Assembly (NCBI GenBank): GCA_030704615.1
Contig: CM060733.1
Location: forward strand, 7,874,001 to 7,938,000
Source: Takakia lepidozioides
Lineage: Eukaryota; Plantae; Bryophyta
Length of the DNA stretch: 64,000 nt
Reading direction: 5' to 3'
Shown: one piece after another, positions 13,901-25,444 of the stretch
How positions within the stretch are numbered: position 1 is the stretch's first letter
Layout of the letters: every line of letters begins with the position of its first letter
Program-made: the position numbers and the translations under genes
Notes under the pieces: model-generated
Told to the model about the DNA's origin: nothing
The model's database searches: none
The model's input: the letters and a program-made list of their open reading frames with translations, nothing else

Positions 13901-16554
13901 ATCATGTGGTCAACCTCTCTCAGAATGACCCAGCCTTCGTGGGTCCCATTGATGCGCAGGGTGACTCTGCAAGGGGAGGATGCCCTGAAACCGAGGGTTA
14001 CACTGCACCTGAGGGTGACACTGTGCAGAGAGGAGCAACAGGGAAGGAGGGTTACACTGCACCTGAGGGTGACACTGTGCAGAGAGGAGCAACAGGGAAG
14101 GAGGGTTACACTGCACCTGAGGGTGACACTGTGCAGAGAGGAGCAACAGGGAAGGAGGGTTACACTGCACCTCAGGGTGACACTGTGCAGAGAGGAGCAA
14201 CAGGGAAGGAGGGTTACACTGCACCTCAAGGTGACACTACGGATACCGGTGTGGCTGACAATGTCGTGAGGGACATTGTCGTGGGTGACACACCATTGCC
14301 CGTGAACACTGCAACTTCCGTTGAGAGTGACATTGACATGGGTTACACTGATAGGGGTGACACCCCACAGCCAACCCACATGGTAGATGTCAGTGAGTGT
14401 AACACTGTCATGGATGACATTCCACTACCACTAGTCGTGGAAGGTGACACTCCTTTGCCACGGCCACTAGTCGCGACGGATGACGGTCTTCTGCTAGTCA
14501 ACATGGTCTTGGAGGGTGCGGAGAAGGGCGACACAAACAAGGATGGCATTGAGGAGGTTGATGCAAAGAAGAGTGACATCGACATGGGTGACACGGGGAA
14601 GGGTGTCACCGAGGAGGTTGTCAGTTGGAAGGGTGACACAAAGCAGGGTCACACTGAGAAGCGTTTCACTGTGGAGAGTCACGAAGAGAAGGATGTTGCG
14701 GAGCATCTAGACACTGAGAAGAGTGACACTGCCAAGGGTGACACACATAAGATTGTTACTCAGCAGAGTGACACTGGGAAGGAACCCGATGAGAAGGGTG
14801 ACACTGCGAAGAGTGACACTGATAATGCGGCCAAAGAGAAGGGTGACACTGAGAAGGTAGCCGGAGAGAAGGGCGACACTGAGATGCGTGACTCTGAGGA
14901 GGTAGCTGAAGAGAAGGGTGACACTAAGAAGAGTGACACTGAGGAGGTAGCCGAAGAGAAGGGTGACATTGAGAAGGGTGACACTGAGAATCGTGACACT
15001 GAGGAGGTAGCCGAAGAGAAGGGTGACACTAAGAAGCGTGACAAGGGGTTTGAACAGAAGGGTTACACTGACAGGGGTAGCACCGAGGAGGTGAGCTGTG
15101 ACACTTCTGCCCTTGGTCAATCACCTTCCCAGCACGTCTCAGACGAGGGAGTGCAGTCTTCAGCACTTGCAGCAAACTCAGAACAAGGCACCTCTGGCTC
15201 AGAAATTCCCCCTATCGGCGGCATTGTCAGGGTTGCAGAGAATCCCAGGAGGTCAAAACGGCCGCCTGCTCAAAGAAAGCGGTTGGCTGAACCCCCTAGC
15301 GCTGACAAAGAAGTATCTGTTCTTGTCGCACCCAAAAAACAGCGAACCAAACCGAAAGGCAAAAGTGCAGGGGTCTCGGAGGTTGACGTTGTCCAGCAGC
15401 AAGAGGTCCTGGCCAAGCACTTGCGGGAGCGTTCGAGGTACCTCATTGTACTTTGATCCTCTCTGATTTTGAATATTGATTATAACTCTTGTATGATGCA
15501 TCGTAATGTTCGTAATGTGCGGTTTGTTGTGCAGACTAAAACAACGGTACTTGACAAAGTTCAGAATGGTGTCGGACCCTCCTGGGGCGCCCGAAGTGAA
15601 GTTTTATTATGGCGATGCCTTCCTGGCTTCTAGTCCGTTACAGTTTTACTTGGAAGAGACAGATTTTGAGCCGATGTATAAAATAAGAGCAACTGTCACA
15701 GATGCATTGCTCTCGGGTTACAACAAACTTCTGGAGGCCAAATTGTTTAAGGCTATCGCACCTGAGTTTGTCATCTGTGCTCCTTTTCAATGGCATGTCA
15801 TGCGTACCAATGGTAACGATCTGCAGACGCTATTCGGGTTGGTGCAAGAATGGTACACTCAGGATGCCCGAGGGATGGTGTTCACAAAGAATCGAGATCT
15901 TGTGGACGTGGTTGTCATCCCTATTGTCTTCGAGTAAGTAATTTCAGCATTGACTGAGCATGTTGGGTTACACTCCTCTATTCTAGACTGAGTTGCACTA
16001 GTGACTGCTGACTAGTTGTGTAACACCGTTTAGAGTTACAGTACAAAGGGTTACACTACTGGGTTACACCACAATGGGTTTCATTGGAGATGTTTTTTTC
16101 TATTCTGACGTAACGGCTTTGTTTGTGTTGCAGTGATCACTGGAGTGTTGCTGTTTTAGAGCGCCGAGGTCGGATAGTACATTTGGACTCCCATAAAACC
16201 ATTGCCCGACCCAAACTCATTGAAGGAATTTTGCGAAATTTTGCCATAGCGTTCTTTGATTTCATGCCTGGATCTGATGACTTCAGTTACGTCATGGAGA
16301 GGATGGAATGGTTTGAGGCCAGTGTCCCCCAACAACGGAGCTGTTGGGAGTGCGGCTATTATGCACTTTGTTTTGTGCAATTTTACTTGGAGTGGAAGTT
16401 CAATGTGAAAACCACAGAAGATCGAACCCGTCATAGGCGGGCGTTTACTGCAAGTTGGTTCAACGAGTCAACCATGATAGCTTCCCGTACTCATATGATT
16501 AGTTGGCTGTGTGACGAGATGGACAAAGACTTGGTCAGATGGCCAAAGAAATAA
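10976..16554 (+). CDS. Element-encoded ~1511-aa protein: C2HC-type zinc finger, unknown domain, acidic GDT-repeat region, Ulp1/C48 SUMO-like protease
   Basis: Exons 10976-11779, 12048-12927, 13406-15437, 15535-15933, 16134-16554 join in frame with GT-AG introns (4536 nt). Zn motif CPYC-x12-H-x7-C. Ulp1 catalytic residues in HWSV, HLDS, QQRSCWECG. The exon 1 donor (CAA|GTTGGA) is the weakest junction. Confidence 0.75.
13993..14237 (+). repeat. 54-bp coding tandem repeat (~4.5 copies) encoding EGYTAPEGDTVQRGATGK
   Basis: Directly visible near-perfect repeats. Confidence 0.95.
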
Positions 16555-17904
16555 ATAGCGTCTCTTGATGCATTTTTGCTTCTATGTGGTTTGTTCGTAA
16601 CACTTCATAGTTTGGGTTTCATGCAATGGGCTTACATGGGGTTACACCTTATAAGGTTACATGAAGTGGAATCATAGACAAGTACTTGGGTACACCTTTG
16701 GGCCCTGGGGCAATGGGCTTACACTCTGTGGGTTCACACATAAGTGATGGGTTACACCATGCCGGGTCTCACAACGTGGGGTTACACTTATGGGTTACAT
16801 ACCTGGCTATGTCAGGGTCACGTTGCTGAAACAGTATACTTTCGTGGCATGTAACCCCACCTCGACTATGCGCATTTGTTTTATTTTTTATTTTTTTTCG
16901 CACTGAAGTGTTTGTGCACTGAAGTTCTCAGATTTATACTACATGGGGTTACATACATGAGGGCTATGTACAATGGGTTACATACGATGGGGTCACAATA
17001 GTGTGGGGGTAACATCTGGTCGGGCTACATACTTCTTGGAGTTACAACACTCTGGGTTACACTCACTCAAGAGGGTTACACAGTTCTAAGTTACACTGTG
17101 CACAATGAAAGTGGGCAGGGTTGCCTATACAAGGGCTACGTGTCGTGGGGATACATAAGATGGGGTGATGTAGCATCGGGGTTTATAGCGTGCACCCCAA
17201 ATTGTACAATGGGTTACATGCGATGGGGTGACATCAATGGGGGTTACATATGGTCGGGATACATACTTCTTGGGGTTACACAACAACAAGTTACACTCCG
17301 GAGGGCTACACTGGTCCATAACATAGGTTGAACGGAATGATTATCTATCTCATGGATTACACGTCCATGGGTTACACACAAATTGGGTTACACATAGAGG
17401 GGTTACACATACAGGGGCTAGTGTTGGTGACTAAAGGTGCTCGACTTCAACATCTTCCCACTCTGTATTGAAGGGTCATGTAACCCCGGCAGACTAACCC
17501 AGACCCTGTAGTCACATTGTAGTCACATTGTTCTCAGAGTTACACCACTGACAGCAATATTCTATGGGGTTACATACTAGGTTACACTGTTGATAGTTAC
17601 ATTGCAGTTACACTTGGAGTTACACCACAATGAGTTACACTGAAGAGGTTCACACTCATCTGTGTTACACTGTGTGGAGTACCACAGATGCAAGTTACAC
17701 TAAGTAGAGCTATGTTACGTTATGAAACCCCAGACAGTGTAACCCTGCGGTGTGTCACCCCGGCCCATGGGTGTCCCATTGAGTGGGTTACATAGGTTGA
17801 ATGTGGATGGAATGGCAAAGTGAATAACAACCCATGAACAGACATGTACTTCATATTAAACTTGGTGATCACAAAGTAAGTGTCATTGCCAATGGACTCA
17901 ATGG

Positions 17905-20900
17905 TCACTTACTACGGAACCGGTCTACAAAATCTACTTTCCTGGCAAGGGACATGTTGTTTCCATCATCATTTTTTATGAATGGAACTGCTTGAAGAGG
18001 GTGCAACAGACCTTTGTCGATTCTAACTTGTAAAGTGGACAGCCTCCCACGAACACAACGAAGCTCGGCAAGCAAATGTTTGCGCATTGTTTCACTCTCA
18101 TTGCCAAGAAGCGACAGGGACTTCATCTCAGATTCAATTGATGAAACATCCGATGGCTCCTGCCGACCACGCCGGGATGATGCTGAGCACTCCGTAGGCT
18201 CTGCTAGATTCACAACTTCCTCCTCTGCATCAATATCTGGAAGTTCCGATTTCATCAACATGTGAAGACCTCCATGAATGGTCCCGAGCTTTGTGCCACA
18301 GAGCTTCACAATAAGCCCTTCCTTCAGATTTGGCTTCATCAATTGAAGAACGCGGATTTGATGTTTGCACAAGTTACCCTTCAAAGCCCATGGACAATCG
18401 CAACAAGCCCAGGTGGTCGCAGGTGCATAGATTGTGTAGCTTCGACCGGCCGTTTGAACACTATCCACAATCGCCGGATGACCAGGAACAGTGGGCAAAT
18501 GAACATTGACATCAGGGATCTCCCTTGCAGTCCAAACAGCATTACTGATAAATTCCTCCTGTCGTACATTCCTTTTGAAGCCTTTCGATTTCAAGTTATC
18601 TCTATACCAATAGTGGGTTAGAACAGGACCCACGAGTTCGCTGATCAGCCAATCGATTCTCCTGCCATCAAGCCTTTGCTTTCCCGAGCGTAAACGAGCC
18701 TTCAAATTTCCGTGCCAAGATTCAATTGCGGCATTAGTATCCTGACTTGCGTGGGGAATATAACGAGCCCCCGTGATCCACATGCTCAGTTTTGGGACCC
18801 ATTCCATTCTGATGTAACGTAGGAAGTCACGCGCAAGCGGATAGGAATAATTCAAATCTTCCAGTCGCTCCAGCGCCCACTCTTCTGGGGTGACTCCCAC
18901 ACAGGCGTTAATGCCGTACATTACGTCGCCAAGCTGTTTCAAAACAGCATTGCGAGTGTATGGATCGGGCATCTTACGCCACGAATGTTTCAGCCAAGCG
19001 CGGCGAACATGCCAAAGGCATAGAAATATTGCTACGTCCCCAAACGATTCCCTGCACGCACACACATCAAATGCCACCCAATCCATCAGTGTAACTCTTG
19101 TCAGTGTAACTCTTATCAGAGGAACTCTTCGCAGTGTAACTCGTAGAAGTGTAACTCTTCAAAGTGTCACTCTTAGTAGTGTGACTCATGTAACCCCTCG
19201 TGCATCTGGTCATGTAACTATCAGTGAAAAGTGTAACCCAACACATATAACCCCTCGCAGCGCTGTAACGCAATCCATGTTACACCGTGTAACTCTCAGA
19301 GCGACCCAACCCATACAACCCTCTGCGATGCTCCCAGTGTAACTCACATGCTATAGCAGTGCAACCTAATCCATGTAGGACTGCGGATGACACGCCGTGT
19401 AACTCGCAGTGTAACCCTCTGTCTACCTCATAGCAGTGTAACCCTCGGTCTAACTCACAGTAGTATAACCCTCGGTCTAACTCACAGCAGTGTAACCCTC
19501 CGTCCAACTCAAGGCAGTATAACCATCTGTCTAACTGATAGTGTAACCCTCAGTGTAATAGACAGCACTGCAACCCAATCCATGTAACCCCTCGAGCAAC
19601 TGACAGTGTAACTCCAAGTGTTACAGGCAGCAATGCACCCCCTCGTGTAACTGGCAGTTTAACTCTTACTGTGATTCTCAGTGTAACTAGCAGCAGTGTA
19701 GCCCGATCCATGAAACCCCTCGTGCATGCAACTTGTAGTGTGACTCAGAACATTGTAACTTCTAGCCGTGTACCTGATAGCATTGATTTCTGCGTCTGCA
19801 TCGTCGACAACAAAAGCATTTGGCCTCCAATCTGGTTTGCTCTGAAGAAGTCGGTCGCGAAGACGTTTCATCCAGGGGCTCAAGTCAGTCGTTTTGTTTC
19901 TCGCTGATATAATATAAGCAACAGGTATGCCGTTGAGCCATTCGTCGAACACCATCATGGTATACATTGGGAACTGCAATGTCGCAATGGTACAAAAATG
20001 AATAAGGTGAGCGTTAAAATATTGGCAACAGTTGCATGGCACTCACATTTCAGAATGCAATGAAAGGTAAAGCGTGACACGAATACCTTATTTTCGTTGG
20101 TCCCAAATGTTGCATCGCAGGATACCACACGGTTGTGTCCCAAGTCGATCATTTTCTGTTTTTGCCACTCCGTTTGTATTCCAATTACGAACTTCAAATC
20201 ACCCGCCACTGGCGCTGTCTCTTCATGGTAGAAGAAGACGCTTTCAGGATTGCTATTGACCCACATACGTACACTTTGTGCATCATCTGGATGTTTTTTG
20301 TAACTCTCAATCGCAAGCTTGTCGGCAATGTTTCTCACGTCGTACTCGAACAAGAAACAATCGCGACTCCACTCCATGCCTGGCTGAGACGCACAAGCTT
20401 CCTGGAGTTGTTGAGTGTGTTGTGTCATAATCATAGCTGGAGATAGGCCACTGCGAAGACTATCGACGATCCACTGTTTCATATCTTGGCTGAGACGAGG
20501 GGCATGCACGAATCGCGAGAAATGGGAAGAGGGGTCAGCTGAACCATGACATGGCTTTCCTTTTGCATCCACATGCTGTTTCTGGAAGTATGTGATGATT
20601 GCCAACTCTGAATCTAGAAAACACTGGCCAACTTTGAAGCTACACGTACACCCACGTTTGTATGACTCTCCGAAATCCGCTGCCTTACGTCTGATTCGCT
20701 TGACTGCTGTTTGATTATCGGAGGCTGCTATCGGTTTTTCTTTTTCTTCACAATCGGCGGGTCCGTGCGCCTATCTATCGGGCCGTAGCAGCAGTGGTAC
20801 CTGCAAAAAAAGCATATAAAGCGAGGAGGGTTATCGCCATATACGACTTTGCTAGACTAGCAGAAAGAAGTGGGGCTGGGAATGTTATACAACCCTCATA

Positions 20901-21284
20901 AGTGACTTACTTATGCCACTGACGATAACTGTTTGCACGCGGTGTTGTCAAATCTGGCAACTCACGGTACCTTCGATCTTGAACATAAAATTGGGTCTTC
21001 CCATCCACTCTACTCCTTTCTCCCTCCAGAAAGTCAGGAATGCGAGACCATGGAACGACAGCTACTTCGATGGATATCCGTTTCCCTTTTCCCTGGGAAA
21101 CCTGGCGTATCCAACGGAGGTTTGTGTGATTGAAAAGCCCGTCTATGGGCAGCTGTAGGATGCATTTCAAATGAGATACCAAATGCTGCAAATGACAGAG
21201 TTCTCCCGCCTCATCTTTCAAACCATTTGATTCCAATGCTGCTTTGCGTTCCTCGTCTAGCACCTTCGCGGCAGCACATGCCAT
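17905..21284 (-). CDS. MULE (MuDR-type DDE) transposase with C-terminal SWIM finger, ~811 aa, one apparent 1-nt frameshift near 20750-20770
   Basis: Exons 21284-20911, 20800-20087, 19973-19774, 19051-17905. Motifs: KRGCTCSF, CDATFGTN (D1), FVVDDADAE (D2), LCLWH, AAIESWH (E), CDC-x7-CKH. Exon total is one base short of a multiple of three. Confidence 0.88.
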
Positions 21285-21499
21285 TAGCAGCAACAATACC
21301 ACCAGTACAGTACAAATCGCATAATACACGCGGGCAACGCAGCGGAGCCCTCGGGACTGCACGTCGTCTACGCACCTGGTGAAAATGACGAGCGATGATG
21401 GAGTTACACGTGGGTTTTGATGTCACCGAATCGTGTAACCCAGGTTTGAATTCAAAATATCTGACACCTCTTGGAGCCCGCCAATTTTTGCCGGGCACT

Positions 21500-23650
21500 A
21501 AGGGGCTACACGAACAGGGGTGACATGCGTTGGGGATAAAGGATCCGGGGTGACACGAGCTATGAGTGACACAATCGGGGGTTACACGGGGGGGATTGAT
21601 ACAGTATCGGGGTTACATGGTGGGGTTACAATGTGAGAGTTGCACAATGAGGGTTACACGAGGCGGAGCTAAAGCGCTGACGTGCAGAGGGTTACAGGGA
21701 TGATGGGGTTACGAGGAACTGGAGTTACACGGAGAGGGGTATATGGGATAACATGATACAAGCTTACATTGGGGTTACACGATGCAGGATAACATGGAGT
21801 GAGGGTTACACCTCGCGGAGTAACAGAGGGTTACATGGGTTACAAAGGGTTACAGAGGGTCATGGGGTTACATGGGTTACAGAGGGTGACATAGGGTTAC
21901 ATGGGAGGGTTACATGGAGTGAGGGTTACACTCAGCGGTGTTACAGAGGGATAAACGGGTTACGGAGGGTTACATGGTGGTGAGGGTTACACCTGGTGAG
22001 GGTTACAGAGAGTCACAGAGGGTCACATAGGGTTACATGGAGTGAGGTTACACAGGGGTGAGGGTGACACTCTACGGTGTTACAGAGGGTTACTGAGGGT
22101 TACATGGTGGTGAAGGTTACACCTGGTGAGGGTTATAGAGGGTCACAGAGGTTACATGGGTTATAGAGGGTCAGAGAGGGTTACATGGAGTGAGGGTTAC
22201 ATGGGGTTACATGGGTTACACAGGGTCACAGAGGGTTACACGGGTTACGCAGGGTCACAGAGGATTACATGGGTTACAAGGAGTGAGGGATGCATAGGGA
22301 TGGGGGTGACACTCTGCGGTGTTACAGAGGGTTACATGGTGGTAAGGGTTACACCTAGTGAGGGATATAGAGGGTCACAGAGGGTTACATGGGTTACAGA
22401 GAGTTACAGAGGGTCAGAGAGGGTTACATGGAGTGAGGATTACATAGGGGTGAGGGTGACACTCTGCGGTGTTACAGAGGGTTACATGGTGGTGAGGGTT
22501 ACAAAGGGTCACAGAGGGTTACATGTGTTACAGAGGGTTACATGGAGTGAGGGTTACATAAGGGGTGAGGGTGACGCTCTACGGTGTTACAGAGGATTAC
22601 ATGGGTTACAGAGCCACGGAGGGTCACAGAGGGTTACATGGAGTGAGGGTTACATGGGGATGAGGGTGACACTCTGCGGTGTCACAGAGGGTTTGTGAGG
22701 GTTACGGAGGGTTACATGGTGACGAGGGTGACACTCTGCGGTGTTACAGAGGGTTACATGGTGGTAAGGGTTACACCTGGTGAGGGATATAGAGGGTCAC
22801 ATGGGTTACAGAGGGTTACATGGTGGTGAGGGTTATAGAGGGTCAGAGAGGGTTACATGGAGTGAGGGTTACATAGGGGTGAGGGTGACACTCTGCGGTG
22901 TTACAGAGGGTTACATGGTGGTGAGGGTTACAAAGGGTCACAGAGGGTTACATGGGTTACAGAGGGTTACATAAGGGGTGAGGACGACACTCTACGGTGT
23001 TACAGAGGGTTACATAGGTTACAGAGCCACAGAGGGTTTGTGAGGGTTACATGGAGTGAGGGTTACATGGTGGCGAGGGTGACACTCTGCGGTGTTACAG
23101 AGGGTTACATGGAGGTAAGGGTTACACCTGGTGAGGGATATAGAGGTCACAGAGGGTTACATGGAGTGAGGGTTACAGAGGGTCAGAGAGGGTTACATGG
23201 AATGAGGGTTACATACGGGTGAGGGTGACACTCTGCGGTGTTACAGAGGGTTACATGGTGGTGAGGGTTACAAAGGGTCACAGAGGGTTACATGGGTTAC
23301 AGAGGGTTACATGGAGTGAGGGTTACATAAGGGGTGAGGGCGACACTCTGCGGTGTTACAGAGGGTTACATAGGGTTACATGGGTTGCAAAGTGTTACAG
23401 AGGGTTACATGTAGTGAGGGTTACATAGGGGTGGGGGTGACACTCTGCGGTGTTATAAGGGTTACATGGGTTACAGAGGGTTACATGTAGTGAGGGTTAC
23501 ATAGGGGTGGGGGTGACACTCTGCGGTGTTATAGAGGGTTACATGGGTTACAGAGGGTCATGGGGTTATATGGGTTACAAAGGGTTACATGGTAATGTGG
23601 GTTACACTCGGCGGAGTTACAGAGGGTTACATGGGGGTGATGGTTGAACC
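21500..23650. repeat. Subterminal GGGTTACA-based higher-order tandem array of the MULE
   Basis: Directly visible; G-rich on the + strand; about a dozen GTGACACTCTGCGGTGTTAC palindromes. Confidence 0.95.
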
Positions 23651-24099
23651 CGGGGCGGGGTTACAGGGAACTGGCGGACTGCTGGAAGCGGCGGACTGGT
23701 GTCGCAGAACGACGATGCAGGGGGCGACGACGCGCCTGGGGCGACGACGCCGATGGGATGAGGGCGGGGGTGGGGAGGGATTGACCGAGCCCAGCCGGCT
23801 GCCTTTCGATGTCTGCCGGAGGCGAAGAACCGGCGGTACGGGTGTCAGGGCTGGACCGTCCTGACGCGCTTGCATTAAGTTCTTACATTATTCCTATTAT
23901 CTTCCATTCAAGAGCTTACCAGGTCAAATTTGCCACATAGACGGATCTCACTTACCATGTAAGCAATGTCTATCTCAGTCAAGTGATGGCCAAGTGACAC
24001 TTGATGTTCTTAATCCAGTGGGAGTCTTCACTTTTGAAATGTCATGTCACATCATTCTACTATCTTTCAAGGGCACTTTAATAGCAATGAAAATAATAC

Positions 24100-24250
24100 A
24101 TGAAGCCTCCCCAAGGAAGTCTAAATTATGGTGTATTATCTACCCCCAAGGACTACGGCCTTCCGGCCGGAAGGTGGACACCGTTGTGACAGGTGGATTG
24201 AACCCACAACCACTTCCGAGGTGGTATGTGAGGGCACTTTACACTAGAAG
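24100..24250 (-). mobile_element. tRNA-derived SINE-like dispersed repeat
   Basis: Minus strand has an A-box-like TAGTGTAAAGTG and a B-box GGTTCAATCC (24195-24204). Body 24100-24189 recurs at 53026-53117. Confidence 0.5.
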
Positions 24251-24649
24251 TTGACATGACACTTTGGCTTGTGTCACGTCATATTCACTTGATACATAAG
24301 CTCCAAGTGACATGTCAGTGCAACCCAATGCACAAGGGACGTTAAGAGCATGCCCGCCAATTATGCATGCATAATCCGCACTGTATATATATTGTATAAT
24401 AATAGTATACATACCATGTATTTTGATCATATACTTCTGAATGTACTGAATGTCATATTTCATTTCGAATAGAGGAAAATTTACATTTGACTCAATGTAG
24501 TTCTTCACGGAGAACAAAGAATCATGGGTAAAAATGTCTACGCCTAAATGTACTCTACAGCTCATCTACACCTGGAGCTCGTGTAACTCAATTACAGAAG
24601 CACAACTATTAAAAACTTAGTTCTTCTCGAGACTCTTCATGAGTGTCGC

Positions 24650-25444
24650 GCTGCTATAACATCAGGGACATTAAGCTGAATCGTGCAATTATTGAGATTC
24701 CCGTGGAAATTGTATTCCCAATGGAAGTTTTTGACAGCTCAATGATTCTTCGACTTTCTCTCGTTGAATCTCACAAATTTTCCAATATTATCACTAAAGA
24801 TCTCGAAATCGGAGATGCATAGATTGTATAGCTCTTGTTGCGCTCTCACGCAAAAGTGTCGAACATTATAAAACGCCAATCTAATCACACAGCCCCGATG
24901 TTTAGTACGCACCATAAATGATTGTGCTATAATAGTGACGTCCTGGTCAGGTGAAAGACTGTTAGTAATCTTCCGCTTCCTACCAATGCTGGCTACACAT
25001 GTTCGTCTCACTGATGTGGTGCAAGCTACCCAAACCTTTTTGAACCGGGGTCCTAAAGTAGGTAGAATTCTTCCACGGGCTTCCTAGTCTCAACGCTCCT
25101 TTGTTTTAGTCTTGAGCGAATTATACGCCCTAACGAACGCAGAAGGCCAACTAAAGTCTCCCCGGGTAGAGCTTGTCGTCCTTTCGCTAGACCTGCAAAA
25201 TGAAGGTTGACAACAATTCCACAAGCTCCATTGGAGCCCTTTCAAACATATCCTCAATAGACTCCAAATTAGGGACACCAATATATTTCCGCCAATCCTC
25301 AAACCTATTTTGTGCCCACTTTTCCATATATAAGGATTTACAGTGGCCACCTCGTATGACCAACTCAACCTCTTCAAATTCCAATTGTCGAAAACCTTGT
25401 TTGAGAAATTCCAAATCATTTGCAGCAGAAGTGATCGACGGCAA
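24650..25444 (-). pseudogene. Degenerate Crypton/DUF3504-like tyrosine recombinase
   Basis: Across frameshifts it reads KWAQNRFEDWR...ELLSTFILQV*RKDDKLYP-ETLVGLLRSLGRIIR...DP-FKKV...SIGRKRKITNSLS...FYNVRHFCVRAQQELYNL...FVRFNERKSKNH. This matches my recollection of the Crypton/ZMYM DUF3504 core, including the first catalytic Arg (RxxxE). The C-terminal HxxR/Y half was not found. Confidence 0.7.

Larger units (their letters stand above)
10331..23905. mobile_element. Large (~13.6 kb) non-TIR Mutator-like element with convergent transposase and Ulp1-fusion genes
   Basis: Boundaries are where homology to the inverted left copy starts and stops. Contains a MULE DDE+SWIM transposase and a C48 protease gene. 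No TIR or 9-bp TSD seen. Confidence 0.85.

Noticed and set aside
21500-23650. CRISPR-like array of palindromic repeats
   Set aside because: Sequences between the palindromes are themselves repeats of the same motif, not unique spacers; no cas genes; eukaryotic context.
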